Source of the DNA: a virus | Lineage: Duplodnaviria; Caudoviricetes | DNA length: 55,352 nucleotides | IMG/VR virus record: IMGVR_UViG_3300024323_000003 | Coordinates: 1-55,352 of that record | Reading direction: 5' to 3' (one strand) | In this document: in pieces, positions 7,782 through 16,888 of the stretch | Position numbering within the stretch: the first letter of the stretch is position 1 | Layout: each line of letters starts with the position of its first letter | Position numbers and translations under genes: made by a program | Notes under the pieces: generated by a model | What the model saw: the letters and a program-made list of their open reading frames with translations, nothing else | The model's database searches: none | Told to the model about the DNA's origin: nothing

Positions 7782-9266
7782 TCAGCGCCGGTTATAGACG
7801 CATAATTCCTTGTTAAATGTGAGCTTTTTGGACTTCACAGCCGCAAATACATGGCGGTAAGCCGTAGCCTTGGAACACCCGCTTTCTTCCATTACGATTT
7901 TCACCAATTCCGACCTCGTCTTAGGACCGGAGCAGAATTCGGCTACTTTTTCGGGTGTTATGACCGCCTCATTCGACTTCTGGCCAGACATTTCAGACTC
8001 CCAGGCTTTGATGTCCACGTCCGGGTCGCACTCATAAATCATGGTTTCGGTATCCAGCCGGACAGCGAATGGCGGGAATTCTCTGCCATTTGAACATTTA
8101 CCGCAGGCGAACACGAGCCGGTCGTTGTTATTGGCGTCCACGGGAGCAATGTTGATCTGGCCGCGAGCCCAAGAATGCAGGGCCTTGGAGTTTCGGGCGA
8201 AGGATGATCGGTCATACCCGATGGCTTTGGCCGCGCCAGATCGCCCGGTGATGGCGTGGTGTAGGACTACGATTCCTCGCATTGGGTTCGTTCTCCGTGA
8301 GATTCGAGTGAGAATTTGGAGTGTGGCCTTCATGTCCACGTCCTTATTCAAGTCGCCTACCGAGAACTCGTTAAGCGGGTCGAAGCAGATCACATCCGCT
8401 TTGCTGTCCTCGATTACTTCGGAGAGATTGGCGACATTTTCAGGGTTTTCCAGAGAGACAAACGAATCAATGTCGTTCTCGATGGTGTGAACCATGATTT
8501 GACGGTCAAACTTGTCCCAGGTTCCGTTGAGCCATGAATGCACTTTGCCCAAGTCGTGCTTGAGTCGCCGGTTTGAATTCTCAGTCTGCAGTACCAGCCA
8601 TTTTAGATTCTCTCCCCCTGTTTCAAGCGCAAGGAATTTGATGCGCGAGGCGCATGAGGCAATGAACTGGTACAGCAAGCGCGATTTTCCGGTTCCGCCC
8701 GCAGCAGCGAATACCAGAGATTGACCGAGCGCGAACAGGCGGTCCCCTAGGATCACGTCGGAGTCGTCAAAGGTCATAGCCATAATTTCAGACGGGCGCC
8801 GGACGGTAAGGCGTGGAGCGTCCACCGGGCTTTTCAGATCGTCGAGCGACCGCTTGGTGATGCCGATGATTTGCTCGGCCATTTCCGGGTGGGCGTCAAG
8901 CGTCTGGCTGGCCTCGGCCGCGATTGACTTCGCCCGCCGATGCTGAAACTGCTTCCACACGTCCTCGGCCTCCAGTTCGGCCAGGGAAATAATGAGCGGG
9001 TCAGAGGTCAGGTTGGCGAAGAACTGAATGCCTCCAATCTTGTCGAGTTCACCTTTGGCTTCGAGGAACTCTCTGACCGAAGCGCCATGCACAGGCTGGT
9101 CGTCCACGCGCATGTCGTAAATGGCCCGGGCGATGATGGCGTGTCGCTGGTCGTCGAAGGATTCGGGCGCATGGCGCAGCAGGTTGCTGATGTTGGGCGG
9201 GAATGTCTGCGGGCACTCGTTTATCAACCCGGCGAGGATGCTGGCTTCTTTGCGGTGAAGGCTCAT
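7782..9266 (-). CDS. Replicative helicase (DnaB-like N-terminus, AAA_25/RepA-type ATPase, C-terminal wHTH)
   Basis: PESFDDQRHAIIARAI...LDKIGG (DnaB-N), AAAGGTGKS (Walker A), VICFDPL (Walker B), VVLHH. Confidence 0.85.
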   Translation of the reverse strand: MSLHRKEASILAGLINECPQTFPPNISNLLRHAPESFDDQRHAIIARAIYDMRVDDQPVHGASVREFLEAKGELDKIGGIQFFANLTSDPLIISLAELEAEDVWKQFQHRRAKSIAAEASQTLDAHPEMAEQIIGITKRSLDDLKSPVDAPRLTVRRPSEIMAMTFDDSDVILGDRLFALGQSLVFAAAGGTGKSRLLYQFIASCASRIKFLALETGGENLKWLVLQTENSNRRLKHDLGKVHSWLNGTWDKFDRQIMVHTIENDIDSFVSLENPENVANLSEVIEDSKADVICFDPLNEFSVGDLNKDVDMKATLQILTRISRRTNPMRGIVVLHHAITGRSGAAKAIGYDRSSFARNSKALHSWARGQINIAPVDANNNDRLVFACGKCSNGREFPPFAVRLDTETMIYECDPDVDIKAWESEMSGQKSNEAVITPEKVAEFCSGPKTRSELVKIVMEESGCSKATAYRHVFAAVKSKKLTFNKELCVYNRR

Positions 9267-9881
9267 AGGAGGGAGGCTTGTTGGAGTTTAAGGACGGGCG
9301 GCGGGGGTTCAGGAGGGATGTACTCGGCCAGGTGTTGCGCCACTGACCATGAAGGGGTCGAGAATCGTGCCTGCAGGACATTTGTGAAGTAATTTCTGAA
9401 TGAGTTTGATCGGCTTCTCGTTTGGATGGACCCTTCCATTCTTTGCCATCGCTTGAGTGGGGTGAGCGTAAATGACGTTGCTCTCGTCCCGGCTTCCCAC
9501 GAATCCCGATCCGATAACGTAAATTTCTTCGCTCGATGGTTTCCAGGGCAGGCTCAAATCCCCCATGCCAAGGGCGGCGCCTTTGTCCCAAACTAAAACC
9601 ATTTTTGTTCCTGCAGGCGGGTTGCATTTTCGAGACCCGAAAACCAGCATTGGCAAACCTTCAAGCATGTCCAGCACTTGATCTCGTGCGGAAGTATTTT
9701 CGTCACAGAAGATTTGACCAGACCAGGGGGTGACGCCGGGGATTCTATAACCCGTGTCGTAAGCAATCCCATACGGCGGGTCCGTCAAAACCAAGTCCAC
9801 CTTGGTGAGCGTCGGCAGAATATCGCGGCAGTCACCGTGATAAATCACGATGCCTTTTCCGTCGTCGTAATAGGGCTTCAT
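9263..9881 (-). pseudogene. N4/N6 DNA methyltransferase (beta class), broken at the SAM-binding motif
   Basis: IYHGDC, LTDPPY, HPNEKP, then ILDPFMVSGATPGRVHPS-stop instead of DPFxGSGTT...GIE. A plausible C-terminus lies in another frame and ends in ATGA at the helicase start. Confidence 0.7.
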
Positions 9882-9932
9882 ACGGTAAACACCCCATTGC
9901 CACCCCGGCTCGACCGAGCGTACTGTGTCGGC

Positions 9933-10103
9933 ATGAGCATAGGACTTTTATTTTGGGTCATAATGATTATCGGTTTGCTGTTCGGTGGCTACGCAAATCG
10001 AGAACCTGGCAAGTTTGGTCCTTGGATTACGAACAGTTTTGTTATCTGGGTATTGTTCGCCTTGGTGGGATGGAAGTTGTTCGGTCCCGCGATTCATCAG
10101 TAA
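9933..10103 (+). CDS. 56-aa two-TM membrane protein
   Basis: MSIGLLFWVIMIIGLLFGG...FVIWVLFALVGWKLFG; own promoter-like TTGCCA-N18-TACTGT. Confidence 0.75.
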   Translation: MSIGLLFWVIMIIGLLFGGYANREPGKFGPWITNSFVIWVLFALVGWKLFGPAIHQ

Positions 10104-10105
10104 TT

Positions 10106-10291
10106 TCATACCCTCATCCCCAAAGGCGTAACCACATTCCTGCGCCTCGGTCCCCTGACATGCTCTTTGCGGAGTTGAGTGGATAGGCAATAGCAACTCC
10201 CGTCGAGCGCGTGGAACACATGGCTGGTTACGCGCCACAGAGCATTATTCGTTTTGAACATTATTCCCATTGGAGGCTCCAGACGTTTCAT
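10106..10291 (-). CDS. Hypothetical protein
   Basis: ATGA-coupled to the upstream gene. Confidence 0.5.
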   Translation of the reverse strand: MKRLEPPMGIMFKTNNALWRVTSHVFHALDGSCYCLSTQLRKEHVRGPRRRNVVTPLGMRV

Positions 10292-10527
10292 TCGTCTCTG
10301 TTTTTTCTAACGCTGACTCGCGTATCTTCTTCCGATGCGATTAGCCATTCCCGAATCTGGCCATACCGCGAGAACCAGTTTCCGAGGCCATACTTGACGT
10401 TCACTGTGCCATCTTTGGCCCCGGACTCGTGGCGTGTGCAAAATATCTGAACCGAATCCCAGTGTTCCCCAAGAGCCTCTGCGGACTTTCGGAGCATCTC
10501 CAAATCTTTCTCGGCATCAGCGTTCAT
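10288..10527 (-). CDS. Hypothetical protein
   Basis: LGEHWDSVQIFCT...GLGNWFSRYG; coupled on both sides. Confidence 0.7.
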   Translation of the reverse strand: MNADAEKDLEMLRKSAEALGEHWDSVQIFCTRHESGAKDGTVNVKYGLGNWFSRYGQIREWLIASEEDTRVSVRKNRDE

Positions 10528-10721
10528 GGCCTGATGTTAATTGTGATTCTCAGCGCCGTGGCGAGCTTCTGCAACGTCACCAGCGAAGGATTGCCGCCGC
10601 GAGTCTCAATCTCGTAAAGCAGGCTCTTGGGAAGTTTGGCAGTTGAGGCAAGTCCGGGCTGCGTAATTTTCTGTTTAATCCTGATCTTGCGAATCAGCCT
10701 GCCGAATTGTTTTGCGGTCAT
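10524..10721 (-). CDS. XRE-family HTH regulator
   Basis: FGRLIRKIR...ITQPGLA...LYEIETRGGNPSLVTLQKLATAL. Confidence 0.85.
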   Translation of the reverse strand: MTAKQFGRLIRKIRIKQKITQPGLASTAKLPKSLLYEIETRGGNPSLVTLQKLATALRITINIRP

Positions 10722-10762
10722 GCGGTAAAGAGAACCACATCGGTTCGGTTTCGTCAACCATT

Positions 10763-10798
10763 AAAATAAAAAAATCGCGCCCCATTTCTGAGGCGCGA
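10763..10798 (-). terminator. Rho-independent terminator
   Basis: TCGCGCC...GGCGCGA stem followed by a T-run on the minus strand. Confidence 0.65.
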
Positions 10799-10835
10799 GG
10801 TCGTGAAAATCGGCAGAACGCCGGAAGATCACTCC

Positions 10836-11183
10836 TTAAGGATTGGGGGCGGGCGGCGGTTCGGGCACCGGCGCGTCGGCATTTTCGTCGTCGGCCTTTT
10901 GCGTCAACCCTTCGAGCCGTTCCAGGCTGGCCGTGGCCTCGGCGGGGAGTTCGACATCTTCGAGGGAAGATTTGAGCGTTTCAATTTCCGTGATGATCTT
11001 GGTCATCTTCGTGTTCAACGCTTCGAGTCGTGGCTGTAGTTCGTTTGCTTTCATAATGAGTCTGTCCAGTTTTTGACCGATTGTTTCGTTATCCGGCTGA
11101 CACAATCGGCGACACAGCCAAGAGCGGAACCGGGTTAGTAGTTTCACAACCTCCAAGGTGTCACCAATGCGAGAATGAGGCAA
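10836..11183 (-). CDS. Coiled-coil hypothetical protein (start uncertain)
   Basis: Heptad-rich MKANELQPRLEALNTKMTKIITEIETLK with a Pro-rich tail. Confidence 0.6.
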   Translation of the reverse strand: MPHSRIGDTLEVVKLLTRFRSWLCRRLCQPDNETIGQKLDRLIMKANELQPRLEALNTKMTKIITEIETLKSSLEDVELPAEATASLERLEGLTQKADDENADAPVPEPPPAPNP

Positions 11184-11287
11184 CGACTAAATCCCCCGCT
11201 GCGCCTCGATTGCACCCGTCGGCCAACAGGCCGGGAGCGCGTTGCTCGAACATATTTTTGCGAAGATTGAGGCGACAGCGGGGGAAA

Positions 11288-11566
11288 TTATGGAGCCACT
11301 CCAACGACCATCTGGACTTCTTTGAACGGTGCGAGTTTGTATTTGACCGAATCAAATTCAAAATCCCTCTGCGCGAGCGAGGTCGGGTCAACCATGACGC
11401 GAGCGCCAGGCTTCAAATCCTCCGGCACCTTCGAGCCGCAGGCGACGATGCGCCACTCGTAGCAATCAGGCACGTAACGCTCGGGGATGACGATACTCAG
11501 TTGGAAGCTGGGCACGTAGGGAATGGGCGTGAGCAGGACTTGATTGGCGAGGGGGCGCAGGCTCAT
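11288..11566 (-). CDS. groES: GroES/Cpn10-like co-chaperonin
   Basis: LRPLANQVLL, mobile-loop-like SIVIPE, RIVACG, LKPGARVMV, KEVQMVV; 92 aa. Confidence 0.75.
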   Translation of the reverse strand: MSLRPLANQVLLTPIPYVPSFQLSIVIPERYVPDCYEWRIVACGSKVPEDLKPGARVMVDPTSLAQRDFEFDSVKYKLAPFKEVQMVVGVAP

Positions 11567-11730
11567 CGTGAAAGCTCCTTTTCCACTATGGGGATGCCGC
11601 GTTCAATGGCGAGGTTTGCAAGCGTCCCGATGGGAAATTTTATCGGCAGCTTTTTCTTGAGGCTTTCCAGCTTTTGATAATGTTTGCCAATGACTCGAAC
11701 CTGCTTCATTGCGTCGTGTTCTTTAGACAT
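11563..11730 (-). CDS. 55-aa ribbon-helix-helix-like protein
   Basis: MSKEHDAMKQVRVIGKHYQKLESLKKK...IGTLANLAIERG; ATGA overlap with groES; not in the ORF track. Confidence 0.55.
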   Translation of the reverse strand: MSKEHDAMKQVRVIGKHYQKLESLKKKLPIKFPIGTLANLAIERGIPIVEKELSR

Positions 11731-11811
11731 GCAAAGACGACTACCACTAGTGGGGCAATTTGTCCAAACAAAAAGAGTTGATTATTTCCCGGGATGGGTT
11801 AAAACCACGGC

Positions 11812-12525
11812 ATGAGATTGAAAGACCGAAATCGGCAGGTGCCCGGTGGGCTCACCTACTATATCCCGCAAATTCCGAATTGGCGACCACAGCAATGGTC
11901 CTCGCTGGACTCGCTCGCGCAACAAGTTTTGGCGGTGAGGCAGGCCAATCCGTTCTTAACCCAAAAGCACAACTGGAGCTTGGACTTGAACCAGATACTT
12001 AACGAGGTTGACGAGATGAACGCCAACTATCAGGCGCAACTTGGGAACATGAATTTCGTGGTCGGAGATGGAGGCTCCCCACCGCCAAACCCCCGGCAGC
12101 CGCCCAGCCAGCAAGAGGTCCAGCGTCTAAGTGCTGTGGCGGCTAAAGCTCGTTCGATCTGGTCTGGAATCAAGACGCTCGGGGCATGGCTCGAATCTGG
12201 CGGCGAAGCGGTTGACAAGGGAACGGCTGAATCCCGAGCCGATACCTGTATCAAGTGCCCCCTAAATGGTGAAGGCGACCTGAGCCGTTGGTTTACGATC
12301 CCTGCGGCTGGGGCTATCCAGCGACAGTTGCAGAAACTCCATGAGCGCGAACTCTCAACCAGCGTGGATGGCCAACTCAACATTTGTGAGGCGTGCTTAT
12401 GCCCAATGAAATTGAAAGTTTGGGTTCCTGTCGGATTCATCAAGGCGAACACTCCAGACGAGACGCTCGACAAACTCAGAGCCGCCCCTGCGTGCTGGAT
12501 TCCGAAAGAGCTTGCGCAAAGCTAA
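11812..12525 (+). CDS. Hypothetical protein with a C-terminal Cys cluster (putative Zn-binding)
   Basis: RADTCIKCP...CEACLCPMKLKVW...ACW. Confidence 0.75.
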   Translation: MRLKDRNRQVPGGLTYYIPQIPNWRPQQWSSLDSLAQQVLAVRQANPFLTQKHNWSLDLNQILNEVDEMNANYQAQLGNMNFVVGDGGSPPPNPRQPPSQQEVQRLSAVAAKARSIWSGIKTLGAWLESGGEAVDKGTAESRADTCIKCPLNGEGDLSRWFTIPAAGAIQRQLQKLHERELSTSVDGQLNICEACLCPMKLKVWVPVGFIKANTPDETLDKLRAAPACWIPKELAQS

Positions 12526-12542
12526 CCGCTTCGCTAAATTCC

Positions 12543-12698
12543 ATGAATGGAAAAAATAAATATGCCGTTGCTCTCGGAAGGCTTGGTGGAATCGCCAGAA
12601 GCAGGGCAAAAACCGCCGCTTGCCGACTCAACGCAAAGCGACCGAGAAAAAGAAAGGCGAGACCGACGAAGGGCTTACGTTCGGAATTACAATCGTGA
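12543..12698 (+). CDS. Small basic protein (AVALGRLGG motif)
   Basis: MNGKNKYAVALGRLGGIARSRAKTAACRLNAKRPRK; overlaps the HNH ORF in another frame. Confidence 0.5.
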   Translation: MNGKNKYAVALGRLGGIARSRAKTAACRLNAKRPRKRKARPTKGLRSELQS

Positions 12699-13270
12699 AT
12701 GGGCTAAAAAATATCCTGAGAGGATCGCGGCCATACGCCGAAGGGAGCACATCAAAAATGCAGCAGCTTACAAAATCAGGGTTAAAAAATATTCCAAGAC
12801 TCCAAAATTTAAAGCAAGGGTTGCAAGATATTTCAAGAAGTACCTCCCCGGCTATTATGAAAAGAACAGGGAGCGACTTAACCAGAAGGCAAGTGCTTAC
12901 GCAAAGTCTCACCCCGATATGCGGCATAGGATGCAGGTTAATTGGAGAAAAAATCATCCCGAAAGTTATCGTGCCCACGCAAGGGCTGGCAGAATCAGAA
13001 GAAAGGCAAGGATGGTCGGCGCGGATGTCGGATGTCCGCACGTCAATGCGCTCATTAGAAAATGGAGGCTTAGGAAATCGTTTGAATGTTATTGGTGCGG
13101 AGACCGATTCGGGATCAGAAGCCTCCACGTTGACCACATTATCCCTATTTCAAAAAAACGGAAAACACGAGGCTAAAAACATTTGCCCGTCATGCCCGGA
13201 GTGCAACTTGAAGAAAAAGGACAAGCTTCAAACCGACCAAAACTACCGGGGCCAAATGCTCTTGTGCTAA
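12547..13270 (+). pseudogene. HNH endonuclease split by a frameshift in an A7 run
   Basis: CYWCG...LHVDHIIPISK in one frame and NGKHEAKNICPSCPECNLKK in the +1 frame; junction TCAAAAAAAC at about 13150-13159. Confidence 0.85.
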
Positions 13271-13275
13271 AATTC

Positions 13276-13914
13276 GTGCGTATCTGCCTTGTTTACGTCC
13301 TCCCCATGCTCAACGCCGAGGTTTACGGACCCGCCGCGAAACGGTGGTCGCAGAGTTACATGGATTTTCCACCCGGCGAAACCGACCATGAAATAGTCGT
13401 CTGCCTGAATGGCGGAAACGGACACGGCCCTTACCAGAAAAAGTTATTTGAACCTCTTCCGGTTACATTTTTTGAGCACAACAACTGGGGCAAGGACATC
13501 GGCGCGTTTCAGATGGCCGCTGAACAGATTCCCTGTGACCTGCTCGTTTGCATGGGAAGCTTCGTTCACTTCCACCAAGCCGGATGGCTGGACCGCATGG
13601 TTCACGCTTTCGAGGACAACGGCCCGACGGTGTACGGTGCCTGGGGATTTCACCTCCCCTCTCCGCATTTGCGCACCACGGCTTTCTGGATGCCGCCCGA
13701 TCTGCTCAACGCTTACCCGACTCAAATTGGCGACCGTGACCGATACGGGTTCGAGCACGGTGGAAACAGCCTCACTCTCTGGAGTCAGCGCATGGGTTTC
13801 GAGCCTCTAATGGTGACCTGGAACGGTGTTTTCGACATGCCCCAGTGGCATCACGTTGACGGCGCGGAGTCCCTGATCTTGGACCAACACTGCGACCGGG
13901 CAGGGATAAAGTGA
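13276..13914 (+). CDS. Glycosyltransferase-like protein (RgpF/GT-A-like)
   Basis: FEHNNWGKDIGAF, WLDRM, HLRTTAF, RYGFEHG; GTG 13276 chosen as start. Confidence 0.6.
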   Translation: MRICLVYVLPMLNAEVYGPAAKRWSQSYMDFPPGETDHEIVVCLNGGNGHGPYQKKLFEPLPVTFFEHNNWGKDIGAFQMAAEQIPCDLLVCMGSFVHFHQAGWLDRMVHAFEDNGPTVYGAWGFHLPSPHLRTTAFWMPPDLLNAYPTQIGDRDRYGFEHGGNSLTLWSQRMGFEPLMVTWNGVFDMPQWHHVDGAESLILDQHCDRAGIK

Positions 13915-14588
13915 TGAAACCCATTGCCGTATTTTATCATTGTCGAGTCAGCGCCAACGGTGATGCTCCAATTCCATTCGAGCACGGCATCAGCGTAGTG
14001 GCCCGACAGGTCATTGCCCTGCGCGACAGCGGACTGGCCGAGGCGGCTTCGGAAATGTTCATCGGCGTCAATGGCGGCGAAGAGGACACGATGGCGGTTT
14101 CCTCGCTGGCTCCCGAGAAGGCGAAAGTCATCCAGCATCCCGACGGCTCGAAAGGCGAGCATCCGACACTGCACGCGCTCCAGAAATGGTTGCCGGAGCA
14201 TCGTGGGTGGCACGTTATTTATTTTCACACGAAAGGCGCGACCAAGCCCGGAAACGCTTTTTGGGACCAGTGGCGCGACTGCATGATGAAGCATTGCGTT
14301 TGGAACTGGCAGCAATGCGTTCTGGACCTCGAAATGGGATTCGATACCGCTGGAGTTCACTACCTCGTTCCTGAGAAGTATCCCGGGTCCGTATTGAGCC
14401 CGTTCTACGGCGGAAATTTCTGGTGGGCTAAGAGTGACTACCTTCTGACGCTGCCTCCGATTGCCCCGAGCGCCGTTGACCGGCCGAGTTTCTACGACGC
14501 CGAATCATGGATAGGCCGAGGGCCGCGCCGTCCAAACGCTCGCTGTTACGGATCTCACTGGCCCAACCCGACCGACTGCCACGCATGA
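13911..14588 (+). CDS. Putative glycosyltransferase-like viral protein
   Basis: EHPTL, IYFHTKG, WRDCM, FYGGNFWWAKSDYL, AESWIG; a motif set I associate with viral glycan-gene clusters. Confidence 0.6.
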   Translation: MMKPIAVFYHCRVSANGDAPIPFEHGISVVARQVIALRDSGLAEAASEMFIGVNGGEEDTMAVSSLAPEKAKVIQHPDGSKGEHPTLHALQKWLPEHRGWHVIYFHTKGATKPGNAFWDQWRDCMMKHCVWNWQQCVLDLEMGFDTAGVHYLVPEKYPGSVLSPFYGGNFWWAKSDYLLTLPPIAPSAVDRPSFYDAESWIGRGPRRPNARCYGSHWPNPTDCHA

Positions 14589-14818
14589 CCATAAAGCGTA
14601 GAATTTTAAAACTTCTATCCGAGTCTCCGTCCACTGCTGCTGAATCTGGAATCATTTTGTTCCCCCGGATGAAGATGCGAGACGGGATGAGGTCAGCATC
14701 AGCGCATTTGTGCTATCTAAGAACCAAGGGAGTGATAAAAGTCATCGGAAAAGTCACCCGAGACGGAAAGAAGTCGGGTCTGTGCATGGCAAATCTTTAC
14801 GCGATCAATAAGACATGA
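14585..14818 (+). CDS. Small winged-helix protein
   Basis: RILKLLSESPSTAAE...ASAHLCYLRTKGVIKVIG; ATGA-coupled on both sides. Confidence 0.6.
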   Translation: MTIKRRILKLLSESPSTAAESGIILFPRMKMRDGMRSASAHLCYLRTKGVIKVIGKVTRDGKKSGLCMANLYAINKT

Positions 14819-15687
14819 CAGACATAAACGAAAACGAACTAACGATCTGGATGCCGGCGTGGGGTGATGCTCACCTGAACATGCTCCAGAATTTCGGACT
14901 CCCATCGCTGATGCAGCCAGGAAACCTTCCCGCGTGCGGATACTCCAAAATTTACGTTGATTGCCCAACTATTCCAGAGGATGTAGTCAGGCTGGAAAAA
15001 ATTGTCATGGAAGGGATGGCTGGGTTGCCGGTGGAGTTCAAGCGTCAGAACCCATCGCTGGACGGATTGATAGAAACCGTTCTGAATGCCAAAGCACGCA
15101 GCACTAGATTCCTTACCGCGCTACCCGATTTCGTTTTTGGCAACGGATCCATAGGAAACATAGTGGCTTACGCCCGTGGCAAGAACGTCTGTGTTGCCGG
15201 TCCCCATCTGCGCGTGAACGAGGACGACTTGATGGGCCACTTCGGAGGCAGGTTCAATTCTGCCACCAATGCCGAATTGGTGTTCCTGACCATGCGGTAC
15301 ATGCACAACAACACGCGTGACTTTTTCACCGACCAACCCAACGCTTCGCATTTTGGAGGCGTATCCATAACCCATCTGAGCAACGGTTCGTACGCAATGG
15401 TGCATCATCTTCCCAACGTGTTCCTTGCGTGGTTCAACGACTCAGACGCGGATTACTTTATGAAATGCACGGATCGGGACTTCTGGGACCACGACTGGCC
15501 TAAGATTCCCGTTTCCGAGGGTCGTTACCGAATGATCGGGTCCAGTGAACTTTTTTATATGCTGGAACTCACGGGCCGGGACTCGCACGGGTTGGGCGCA
15601 ACCAAAATGGACAACAGCGAAACCTGCTGGGTGGACAAGCTTCATTTCAAAACGAGCCACAACTTTGCAATATCCCTCCACACATGA
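14815..15687 (+). CDS. Glycosyltransferase-like protein
   Basis: MPAWG...LPSLMQPGNLPA, LPDFVFGNGS, WDHDW; GT-A-like layout. Confidence 0.5.
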   Translation: MTDINENELTIWMPAWGDAHLNMLQNFGLPSLMQPGNLPACGYSKIYVDCPTIPEDVVRLEKIVMEGMAGLPVEFKRQNPSLDGLIETVLNAKARSTRFLTALPDFVFGNGSIGNIVAYARGKNVCVAGPHLRVNEDDLMGHFGGRFNSATNAELVFLTMRYMHNNTRDFFTDQPNASHFGGVSITHLSNGSYAMVHHLPNVFLAWFNDSDADYFMKCTDRDFWDHDWPKIPVSEGRYRMIGSSELFYMLELTGRDSHGLGATKMDNSETCWVDKLHFKTSHNFAISLHT

Positions 15688-16322
15688 AAATCGCCATCTG
15701 CGTCCCGACCCGAGGCAACGACATATACTACAAGCTCATGTTGTTTTGCTGTGCGGAATCGAGAAAGGGTCACGACATCATTTCTTTCCCTTGCAACGGC
15801 GGGGCGGCTATTTCCCAAACCAAACTTTTCGACGCGGTATTGATCGGAGGCTACGACGGGATGTTCCTGATTGATTCGGACGTTTGCCCGCCAGACAACG
15901 CGCTAGACGTGCTTATCGGTCACAGGCTTGATATAATCAGCGTTCCCACCTTGATGACTTCCGGCAAGGATGTTCACTGGAATTACCATATGGACCCGGA
16001 TAGCCGAAGAATCTATTCTCCCAGGCAGAACTCAGGAATTACTGAGGTGGTGTTCACCTCCTTCGCCTCGGTTTTGATTGGCGCTCAGGTTCTTCGGGAG
16101 TTCAAAAGACGAGGGGAAAGCTGGTTTGGAATGAGCGACTTGGTGCCGGCGCATCTCCATGACGGAATAGTTTCCAATGGCCTGACCGACCATGCCTTTT
16201 TCAACAAGGCGAGGGCGATGGGGTTTAAAATCTTCATGAACTGGAACCTTAGAAATGCCGTCCATCACAAGTACATGGCCCTGGACGACCAGTGTTTTGT
16301 CAGGGAAATAGGGAATACGTAG
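15684..16322 (+). CDS. GT-A/GT2-like glycosyltransferase
   Basis: KIAICVPTRG, YDGMFLIDSDV (DxD), TDHAFFNKARAMGFKI. Confidence 0.8.
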   Translation: MKIAICVPTRGNDIYYKLMLFCCAESRKGHDIISFPCNGGAAISQTKLFDAVLIGGYDGMFLIDSDVCPPDNALDVLIGHRLDIISVPTLMTSGKDVHWNYHMDPDSRRIYSPRQNSGITEVVFTSFASVLIGAQVLREFKRRGESWFGMSDLVPAHLHDGIVSNGLTDHAFFNKARAMGFKIFMNWNLRNAVHHKYMALDDQCFVREIGNT

Positions 16323-16324
16323 CC

Positions 16325-16864
16325 GTGGCTGAACGATTCCACATCCTAATGCCCTGCGCGAAGCCGCACTTCATACCAGCCATTGCCCCCTCGATTCTCC
16401 AGTGTGAAGCGCACCCGTTTGAGCTTCGGTGGCACATCTGTCAGCAAGGCACAGAGCCCGACGGAAAAGGATTTAGAAAAATCAACGAGGCGATTGGATG
16501 GTTCAAAGATGGATGGTTTTGGGCTCCCTCAGATGACAGCCTTCATTACCCAAATCTAATTCGACGCGCCGGAGAGATTATATCCTCCAATCCAGGAGTC
16601 GGCTGCATTGTCGTATCCGAGGACCGGGGGAAGAAAGAGGGAAATCGCATTATGCGGGCATCGTCATCCAATGTTCGCGTTGGAGAAATTGACGGGAGCC
16701 AGTGCATTTGGAGCCGTGATTTTGTTGGAGACGACCGTTTTCCGGTTGATGATTTTCCGCTGACGGCTGATGGGGTTTTCGCTGAGAGGCTATTTTCCAG
16801 ATCGCCAGAAAGGTTTCATTTTCTGGATCAGGTGCTTGTCCGATTTAACAGCCTTGACCCTTAA
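16325..16864 (+). CDS. GT-A/GT2-like glycosyltransferase
   Basis: FHILMPC, WFWAPSDDSL, IDGSQCIW, ADGVFAERL. Confidence 0.7.
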   Translation: MAERFHILMPCAKPHFIPAIAPSILQCEAHPFELRWHICQQGTEPDGKGFRKINEAIGWFKDGWFWAPSDDSLHYPNLIRRAGEIISSNPGVGCIVVSEDRGKKEGNRIMRASSSNVRVGEIDGSQCIWSRDFVGDDRFPVDDFPLTADGVFAERLFSRSPERFHFLDQVLVRFNSLDP

Positions 16865-16888
16865 CCATAATGGGAGTACAGCAACATC

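Noticed and set aside
13152-13159. Canonical -1 ribosomal frameshift at A_AAA_AAC
   Set aside because: Rejoining the HNH halves needs a +1 shift (loss of one base), not -1
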